This document shows positions 50,196-64,000 of a stretch of DNA of 64,000 nucleotides, in pieces. Made by a program: the position numbers and the translations under genes. Within the stretch, counting starts at the first letter, position 1; each line of letters starts with the position of its first letter. The notes beneath the pieces were generated by a model. The model did no database searches, was not told where the DNA came from, and worked only from the letters and a program-made list of their open reading frames with translations. This DNA is from Acidimicrobiales bacterium (GTDB taxonomy: Bacteria > Actinomycetota > Acidimicrobiia > Acidimicrobiales > RAAP-2), in NCBI GenBank assembly GCA_044446745.1, contig JBIOFE010000001.1:44759-108758 (forward strand), in the 5' to 3' direction.

Positions 50196-51029
50196 CTACC
50201 TCCGTGAGCCGCGGCCACGGCGGCGGCGGATGATCAGCGAATCGGACGCCTTGGGCAGGCGCGTGCGGCCCTCGGGCTGACCCCAGGGCGAGACCGGGTG
50301 GCGCCCACCCGAGGACTTGCCCTCGCCGCCGCCGAGCGGGTGGTCGACCGGGTTCATGGCCACGCCCCGGGTCTGGGGGCGCACGCCCTTCCAGCGGTTG
50401 CGCCCGGCCTTGCCGACCTTGATCAGCTCGTGCTCGGCGTTGCCGACCACGCCCAGCGTGGCGCGGCAGTCGATGGGCACGCGGCGCATCTCGGTCGAGG
50501 GCAGGCGCAGCGTGGCGAAGCCGCCGTCCTTGGCGACCAGCTGGACGCTCATGCCGGCGCTGCGGGCCATCTTGCCGCCGCCGCCGGGGCGCAGCTCGAC
50601 GTTGTGCACGGTCGAGCCGGTGGGGATGTAGCGCATCGGCAGGGCGTTGCCGGTGCGAATGTCGGCCTTGGGACCGGACTCGACCAGGTCGCCGACCTTG
50701 AGCGTGTTGGGCGCCAGGATGTAGCGCTTCTCGCCGTCGAAGTAGTGCAGCAGGGCGATGCGGCAGCTGCGGTTGGGGTCGTACTCGATCGCGGCGACCC
50801 GGGCCGGCACGGCGTCCTTGTTGCGCTTGAAGTCGACCACCCGGTACTGCTGCTTGTGGCCGCCGCCGCGGTGGCGCGAGGTCTTGCGCCCGTAACTGTT
50901 GCGCCCGCCGGTCTGGGGCTTGGACGCCAGGAGGGACTTCTCGGGCCGGTCCTTGGTGAGCTCGGCGAAGTCCGAGACGGTCTGGAACCGCCGGCCGGGG
51001 CTGGTGGGTTTGCGGGATCGCAGTGCCAT
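50196..51029 (-). CDS. rplB: 50S ribosomal protein L2
   Basis: [45 protein letters not shown]. Confidence 0.99.
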   Translation of the reverse strand: MALRSRKPTSPGRRFQTVSDFAELTKDRPEKSLLASKPQTGGRNSYGRKTSRHRGGGHKQQYRVVDFKRNKDAVPARVAAIEYDPNRSCRIALLHYFDGEKRYILAPNTLKVGDLVESGPKADIRTGNALPMRYIPTGSTVHNVELRPGGGGKMARSAGMSVQLVAKDGGFATLRLPSTEMRRVPIDCRATLGVVGNAEHELIKVGKAGRNRWKGVRPQTRGVAMNPVDHPLGGGEGKSSGGRHPVSPWGQPEGRTRLPKASDSLIIRRRRGRGSRR

Positions 51030-51037
51030 ACCGGTCC

Positions 51038-51328
51038 TCAGTTCTCGAAGAGGTTGATGGAGTCGCCCTCGCGCAGGGTGACCAGGGCGCGCTTGGTCGA
51101 CGCGCGCGCGCCGACGGTGCCGGTGCGCCGGTTGCGGGTGGCCTTGCCCTTGCGGTTCAGGGTGTTGACGTTGGTGACCTTGACGTTGAAGGCCTGCTCG
51201 ACGGCGTTGCGCACGTCGACCTTGGTGGCCCGGGGGTCCACCACGAAGACGTAGGTGTGCTTCTCCATCAGGGCGTAGGTCTTCTCCGAGACGACCGGGC
51301 GGATCAGGACGCTCATGGCATCGCGCAT
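51038..51328 (-). CDS. rplW: 50S ribosomal protein L23
   Basis: [35 protein letters not shown]. Confidence 0.96.
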   Translation of the reverse strand: MRDAMSVLIRPVVSEKTYALMEKHTYVFVVDPRATKVDVRNAVEQAFNVKVTNVNTLNRKGKATRNRRTGTVGARASTKRALVTLREGDSINLFEN

Positions 51329-52008
51329 CAGTCGTGCTCCTTGGCGCTGGGCAGGGTCTCGTCGGTGAAGAGCACCCAGTCGGCGTTGAGGACGTCGTAG
51401 GCGTTGATCTCCCCGGCGCCGATCGTCGTGACGTAGGCGAGGTTGGCGAAGGACTTTCGCGCCACGTGGTCCTCGCGGCCCAGCACGACCAGCACCTTGC
51501 CGTAGAGGTCGAGGGCCGCCAGGGCGCCCACGGCGTCCTTGGTCGAGGGTCCGGCCCAGGCGCCGAAGCCCTCGACCAGCGCGACGCGCTCCTCGCTGGC
51601 GCGGTCCGACAGCGCCGAGCGCAGGGCCAGGGCGATCATCTTCTTGGGGGTGCGCTGCCCGTAGGAGCGCGGCTTGGGGCCTAGGGCGACGCCGCCGCCG
51701 GGGTACTGCGGCGCGCGAATGGTGCCCTGGCGCGCGCTGCCGGTGCCCTTCTGGCGTAGCGGCTTGCGGCCGCCGCCGCGCACCTCGCTGCGCGTCTTGG
51801 TCGACTGGGTGCCGGCGCGCTTGGCGGCCAGCTGGGCGGTGACGACCTGGTGCAGGACGGCCCGGTGGGGCTCGACGCCGAAGAGTGACGGCTCCAGGGC
51901 GACGGTGCCGAGCGCGGTGCCGTCGAGCGCGCGGCGCGTCACGGTGCGCGCGACGGGCGCCGGGCGCTCCTTCCTCACCGGTCCGCGCAGGTAGGTCACG
52001 CCGCTCAT
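51328..52008 (-). CDS. rplD: 50S ribosomal protein L4
   Basis: From ATG 52008: [48 protein letters not shown]. Confidence 0.96.
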   Translation of the reverse strand: MSGVTYLRGPVRKERPAPVARTVTRRALDGTALGTVALEPSLFGVEPHRAVLHQVVTAQLAAKRAGTQSTKTRSEVRGGGRKPLRQKGTGSARQGTIRAPQYPGGGVALGPKPRSYGQRTPKKMIALALRSALSDRASEERVALVEGFGAWAGPSTKDAVGALAALDLYGKVLVVLGREDHVARKSFANLAYVTTIGAGEINAYDVLNADWVLFTDETLPSAKEHD

Positions 52009-52664
52009 CGCGCGCCCCCGGCGGTCATCGGGTTCTTCACGCTGGAGCGCAGCACGACGACGCCGCCGCGCGGTCCGGGCACGGCGCCCTTGACCAGCAC
52101 GAGGTGGCGCTCGACGTCCACGCTCACGACTTCGAGGTTGGTGGTCGTGACCTGGGTGCCGCCCATGCGTCCGGCCATGCGGGTGCCCTTGAAGACGCGC
52201 CCGGGCGTGGCGCAGGCGCCGATCGAGCCCGGCGCCCGGTGGTGCTTGTGGTTGCCGTGAGCCCCGCCCTGGCCCGAGAAGTTGTGGCGCTTCATCGCGC
52301 CAGCGAAGCCCTTGCCCTTGGAGACGGCGGTGGCGTCGATTCGCTCGCCCTTCTCCAGCGTGTCGACCAGGATCTCCTGGCCGACCTCGTAGCCGGTGAC
52401 GTCGTCGAGGCGCAGCTCGACCAGGCGCTTGCCCGGCGTCACGCCGGCCTTGTCGAAGTGGCCCAGCTCGGGCTTGGACAGCGTCGCGGCGCGCCGGGTG
52501 CCCCAGGTCACCTGGAGGGCGCTGTAGCCCTCCTTCTCGGGCGTCTTCACCTGGACGACCCGGGCCGGGCTGACGCGCACGACGGTCACCGGGACGGCGC
52601 GGTGCTGGGCGTCCCAGACCTGGGTCATGCCCACCTTCTCGCCGACGATCGCCTTGGTCGCCAC
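52005..52664 (-). CDS. rplC: 50S ribosomal protein L3
   Basis: From GTG 52664: [48 protein letters not shown]. Confidence 0.98.
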   Translation of the reverse strand: MATKAIVGEKVGMTQVWDAQHRAVPVTVVRVSPARVVQVKTPEKEGYSALQVTWGTRRAATLSKPELGHFDKAGVTPGKRLVELRLDDVTGYEVGQEILVDTLEKGERIDATAVSKGKGFAGAMKRHNFSGQGGAHGNHKHHRAPGSIGACATPGRVFKGTRMAGRMGGTQVTTTNLEVVSVDVERHLVLVKGAVPGPRGGVVVLRSSVKNPMTAGGAR

Positions 52665-52843
52665 CTGTGCCTCTCTCTTGACTCTCCGCGCGTCGGTTCT
52701 CCCGACACACAGACGCTCCGCCGGGCTAGGGACCCGAACGGAGCGCTCGACTGGTTCGGTCCGGCGTTCCCTTGGGCGACCGGACACGTCTGTTGTTCGC
52801 CGGGCCGGGGCCGCGACGCTCCCCCCAAATTCGGGGGCCATTC

Positions 52844-52873
52844 AGCGTACACCGTCGGGCCCCGGCGGCGCAA
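52844..52873 (-). promoter_or_regulatory. Predicted promoter between rpsJ and rplC
   Basis: Minus strand TTGCGC-N18-TACGCT, predicting a ~170-nt 5' leader before rplC. Confidence 0.6.
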
Positions 52874-52884
52874 AGGCCGGGGCC
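52858..52884 (-). terminator. GC-rich hairpin 6 nt after the rpsJ stop
   Basis: GGCCCCGG-N11-CCGGGGCC (8-bp stem). No U-tract, which is common in Actinomycetota. Confidence 0.45.
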
Positions 52885-52890
52885 GGCGTA

Positions 52891-53214
52891 CTAGTTCTGG
52901 CGGATCTTGATCTCGATGTCCACGCCGGCCGGCAGGTCGAGGCGCTGGAGCGAGTCGACCGTCTTGGCGGTGTGGTCCACGATGTCCAGCAGGCGCTTGT
53001 GCACCCGCATCTCGAAGTGCTCGCGGCTGTCCTTGTGCTTGTGCGGGCCGCGCACCACCGTGTAGCGGTGGGTCTCGGTGGGCAGGGGCACCGGCCCCTG
53101 GACGCGCGCGTTGGTGCGCTCCACCGTCTGGACGATCTTCGCGGTGGACTGGTCCAGGACGCCGTGGTCGAAGGCCTTCAGCCGGATGCGGATCTTCTGT
53201 CGGTTGTCGGCCAC
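52891..53214 (-). CDS. rpsJ: 30S ribosomal protein S10
   Basis: [47 protein letters not shown]. Confidence 0.98.
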   Translation of the reverse strand: MADNRQKIRIRLKAFDHGVLDQSTAKIVQTVERTNARVQGPVPLPTETHRYTVVRGPHKHKDSREHFEMRVHKRLLDIVDHTAKTVDSLQRLDLPAGVDIEIKIRQN

Positions 53215-53221
53215 GACCGTC

Positions 53222-54409
<1,188 letters not shown>

Positions 54410-54517
54410 TGTCGGGGACTAACTTTCTCTCTCGTGACGGGCTGGGGATCCGTCGGTCTTGTTTCGGCCCTCCCCGACTGCGGTTTGGACCGGGTTTGCG
54501 CTGGTCACCCAGCGTTC

Positions 54518-56611
54518 CTACGCGCCGGTGGCCTTCGCGACGATCTCCCTGGCGATCGCGTCGGGCACTTCCGCGTACGAATGGAACTGCATCGTGTAGG
54601 TCGCGCGCCCCTGGGTGCGCGACCGCAGGTCAGTAGCGTAGCCGAACATGTCGGCCAGGGGCACAAGCGCCCTGATGGCCTGGGAGTTGCCCCGCTGCTC
54701 CATGCCCTCGACCCGGCCGCGCCGCGCCGACAGGTCGCCGATCACGTCGCCCATGTAGTCCTCGGGGGTGACGACCTCGACGGACATCATCGGCTCGAGC
54801 AGCACCGGGTGGGCCAGGCGGGCGGCCTTCTTCACCGCGATCGACCCGGCGATCTTGAAGGCCATCTCCGAGGAGTCGACGTCGTGGTAGCTGCCGTAGG
54901 TGAGGCGCACGCGCACGTCGACCACCGGGTACCCGGCCAGGACGCCCGAGGTCAGCGCCTCGGTGATGCCCTGGTTGACCGGCTGGATGTACTCCTTGGG
55001 GATGGCGCCCCCGGTGATCTCGTCGACGAACTCGTAGCCGCCGCCGGGCCCGGTGGGCTCCAGGGTGATCACCACGTGGCCGTACTGGCCCCGACCGCCG
55101 GTCTGGCGGATGTAGCGCTCCTCGACCTTGGCCACGGTGTTCTTGATTGTCTCGCGGTAGGCGACCTGGGGCTTGCCAACGTTGGCGTCGACCGAGAACT
55201 CACGCAGCATGCGGTCGACGAGCACCTCGAGGTGCAGCTCGCCCATTCCCGAGATAACGGTCTGGCCGGTCTCCTCGTCGGTGCGCACGCGGAAGGTGGG
55301 GTCCTCCTCGGACAGCGCGTAGAGCGCCTTGGACAGCTTCTCCTGGTCGGCCTTGGTCTTGGGCTCGACGGCCACGTGAATGACTGGCTCGGGGAAGACC
55401 AACGTCTCGAGCTGGATGAGGTGGTCGACGTCGCTCAGCGTGTCGCCGGTGGTGACCTGCTTGAGCCCCACCGCGGCCACGATGTCCCCGGTGCGGATGG
55501 TGTCGAGGTCCTCGCGGTGATTCGCGTGCATCAACAGCAGGCGGCCCAGGCGCTCCCGGCGCGAGCCGCGCGTGGTGTTCACGACGGTGTCGCCCTTGTC
55601 CAGGGTGCCCGAGTAGACGCGCAGGTAGGTCAGCTTGCCGACGTAGGGGTCGGTCATGATCTTGAAGGCCAGCGCGGCGAAGGGCTCGTCGTCGCTGGGC
55701 TTGCGCTCGACGACCTCGTCCTTGCCCGGCTTGGTGCCCTGGGTCGGTGGCAGGTCGACCGGCGAGGGCAGGAAGTCCACCACGGCGTCCAGCATCGGCT
55801 GGACACCCTTGTTCTTGAACGCGCTGCCGTTGAGGATCGGCACGCAGTGGTTGTCCAGGGTCCCGGCGCGCAGCGCGCCGCGGATCTCGGCGGCGGTGAC
55901 CGCCTCCTCGTTGACGACCTTCTCCAGCAGGAGGTCGTCGAAGTGGGTCAGCACGTCGATCAGCTCGTGGTGGCCCGCCTCGGCCCGGGCGCGGTACTCC
56001 TCGGGGATCTCCACGACCTCGAAGGTTTCGCCCTTGTCGTCCTCGTTGTAGATGATCGCGTTCATCTCGATGAGGTCGATCAGGCCCTGGTACTTCGACT
56101 CGGCCCCCATGGGCAACTGGATGACCGCCGGCACGCAGTCCAGGCGATCGGCGATCATCTCGACGCAGCGCGCGAAGTCGGCGCCGACGCGGTCCATCTT
56201 GTTGACGAAACAGATGCGCGGCACGTGGTACTTGTTGGCCTGGCGCCAGACGGTCTCGGTCTGGGGCTCGACCCCGGCCACGGCGTCGAAGACCGCCACC
56301 GCGCCGTCCAGCACGCGCAGCGAGCGCTCCACCTCGACGGTGAAGTCCACGTGGCCCGGTGTGTCGATGATGTTGATCCGGTGGCCGTTCCAGTAGGTGG
56401 TCGTGGCGGCCGAGGTGATCGTGATGCCGCGCTCCTGCTCCTGGACCATCCAGTCCATGGTCGCGGCGCCCTCGTGCACCTCGCCGATCTTGTAGTTCTT
56501 GCCGGTGTAGTAGAGGATGCGCTCGGTGGTGGTGGTCTTGCCGGCATCGATGTGCGCCATGATGCCGATGTTGCGCACCTTCTCGAGGGGGATGTCGCGG
56601 GGGGTGGTCAT
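54518..56611 (-). CDS. fusA: Elongation factor G
   Basis: [44 protein letters not shown]-like [21 protein letters not shown]. Confidence 0.99.
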   Translation of the reverse strand: MTTPRDIPLEKVRNIGIMAHIDAGKTTTTERILYYTGKNYKIGEVHEGAATMDWMVQEQERGITITSAATTTYWNGHRINIIDTPGHVDFTVEVERSLRVLDGAVAVFDAVAGVEPQTETVWRQANKYHVPRICFVNKMDRVGADFARCVEMIADRLDCVPAVIQLPMGAESKYQGLIDLIEMNAIIYNEDDKGETFEVVEIPEEYRARAEAGHHELIDVLTHFDDLLLEKVVNEEAVTAAEIRGALRAGTLDNHCVPILNGSAFKNKGVQPMLDAVVDFLPSPVDLPPTQGTKPGKDEVVERKPSDDEPFAALAFKIMTDPYVGKLTYLRVYSGTLDKGDTVVNTTRGSRRERLGRLLLMHANHREDLDTIRTGDIVAAVGLKQVTTGDTLSDVDHLIQLETLVFPEPVIHVAVEPKTKADQEKLSKALYALSEEDPTFRVRTDEETGQTVISGMGELHLEVLVDRMLREFSVDANVGKPQVAYRETIKNTVAKVEERYIRQTGGRGQYGHVVITLEPTGPGGGYEFVDEITGGAIPKEYIQPVNQGITEALTSGVLAGYPVVDVRVRLTYGSYHDVDSSEMAFKIAGSIAVKKAARLAHPVLLEPMMSVEVVTPEDYMGDVIGDLSARRGRVEGMEQRGNSQAIRALVPLADMFGYATDLRSRTQGRATYTMQFHSYAEVPDAIAREIVAKATGA

Positions 56612-56631
56612 GTCCGGGGTTGGTTCCTTCG

Positions 56632-57102
56632 CTACCAGCGGTAGTGGGCGAAGGCCTTGTTGGACTCGGCCATCTTGGCCATGTCCTCGCGCCGCTTGAC
56701 CGCCGCGCCCACGCCGTTGCTGGCGTCCATGATCTCGTTGGCCAGGCGCTCGGCCATGGTCTTCTCGCGGCGCTTGGCCGCGAAGTCGGTCAGCCAGCGG
56801 ATGGCCAGGGTCGTGGCGCGCCGCGGGCGCACCTCCACCGGCACCTGGTAGGTCGTGCCGCCCACGCGACGCGGGCGCACCTCCAGCTCGGGCCGGACGT
56901 TCTCCAGCGCCCGCTTCAGCGCGGCCACCGGGTCGGCGCCGGTCTTCTGCTCGACCTGCTCGAGCGCGGTGTAGACGATGCGCTCGGCGATGGTGCGCTT
57001 GCCGCGCCCGAGGATCTTGTTGGTCACCTGGGTGACCAGGACCGACTTGTAGATCGGGTCGGGGACCAGCTCGCGGCGCTCGGCGGGACCTTTGCGGGGC
57101 AT
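56632..57102 (-). CDS. rpsG: 30S ribosomal protein S7
   Basis: From ATG 57102: [33 protein letters not shown]. Confidence 0.98.
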   Translation of the reverse strand: MPRKGPAERRELVPDPIYKSVLVTQVTNKILGRGKRTIAERIVYTALEQVEQKTGADPVAALKRALENVRPELEVRPRRVGGTTYQVPVEVRPRRATTLAIRWLTDFAAKRREKTMAERLANEIMDASNGVGAAVKRREDMAKMAESNKAFAHYRW

Positions 57103-57473
57103 CAGCTCTCCCTCTTGGCGCCGTAGCGGCTGCGGGCCTGCTTGCGGTCGCGCACCCCGGAGGTGTCCAGCGCGCCGCGGATGATCTTGTAGCGCACGCC
57201 CGGCAGGTCCTTCACGCGCCCCCCGCGCACCAGGACGATGGAGTGCTCCTGGAGGTTGTGGCCCACCCCGGGGATGTAGGCGGTGACCTCGACACCCGAG
57301 GTCAGGCGCACGCGCGCGACCTTGCGCAGGGCGGAGTTGGGCTTCTTGGGCGTGACGGTGTGGACGCGCGTGCACACGCCGCGACGCTGCGGGGCGCCCT
57401 TGAGCGCCGGCGTCTTGGTCTTGGCGATCTTGTCCTGGCGGCCCTTGCGGACCAGTTGCGCGATGGTGGGCAC
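57102..57473 (-). CDS. rpsL: 30S ribosomal protein S12
   Basis: [47 protein letters not shown]. Confidence 0.99.
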   Translation of the reverse strand: MPTIAQLVRKGRQDKIAKTKTPALKGAPQRRGVCTRVHTVTPKKPNSALRKVARVRLTSGVEVTAYIPGVGHNLQEHSIVLVRGGRVKDLPGVRYKIIRGALDTSGVRDRKQARSRYGAKRES

Positions 57474-57540
57474 GCGGAACCTCTTCTAGTTGTACTTCGC
57501 TCGTGGGACGCGCCGAAGGAGACCGGCACGCGGACTGTCC

Positions 57541-57570
57541 ATCTTACGACAGAATCAGCCTAAGCGGCAA
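57541..57570 (-). promoter_or_regulatory. Predicted promoter of the str operon
   Basis: Minus strand TTGCCG-N18-TAAGAT, about 65 nt upstream of the rpsL start. Confidence 0.65.
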
Positions 57571-57594
57571 GCCGGCCGGCCGTTTCCGGCCGGC
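57571..57594 (-). terminator. Hairpin immediately after the rpoC stop
   Basis: GCCGGCCGG-N6-CCGGCCGGC (9-bp stem) followed by TTGCCGCTT on the minus strand. Confidence 0.55.
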
Positions 57595-57595
57595 G

Positions 57596-64000
<6,405 letters not shown>

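Noticed and set aside
57102-57473. S12 variant [12 protein letters not shown]
   Set aside because: The streptomycin-relevant Lys residues (PKKPNS, RVKDLPG) are intact, and the other changes look like neutral lineage variation.

Overview
High-GC (Actinomycetota) chromosome segment. RNA-polymerase and ribosomal-protein signatures suggest class Acidimicrobiia (inference, needs a phylogeny). About 85% is core housekeeping, mostly on the minus strand: partial rpoB, rpoC, the str, S10, spc and alpha clusters, truA, rplM-rpsI-glmM-glmS-alr-udg-tsaE-tsaB-rimI-tsaD-pdxH, groES-groEL with tandem CIRCE boxes, guaB3-guaA-pcrA, and sucCD-purNH-folD-cupin-metF. Accessory pieces: (i) a ubiA-dprE1-dprE2 operon for a polyprenyl-phospho-arabinose donor, (ii) an MMPL/TetR pair, (iii) an MFS gene preceded by a coupled 13-codon uORF, (iv) an M13 peptidase, and (v) a DosT/DosR-like three-gene module on the opposite strand between map and infA, with a candidate DosR box and a divergent 84-aa basic/acidic small ORF missing from the ORF track. 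Other notable signals are an apparent CTG start codon on infA, a new promoter plus a ~170-nt structured leader splitting rpsJ from rplC, many leaderless-type -10/start arrangements, and long low-complexity extensions on several ribosomal proteins. I recognised no rRNA, tRNA, CRISPR or mobile element. All calls come from motif recognition by eye; no searches were run.
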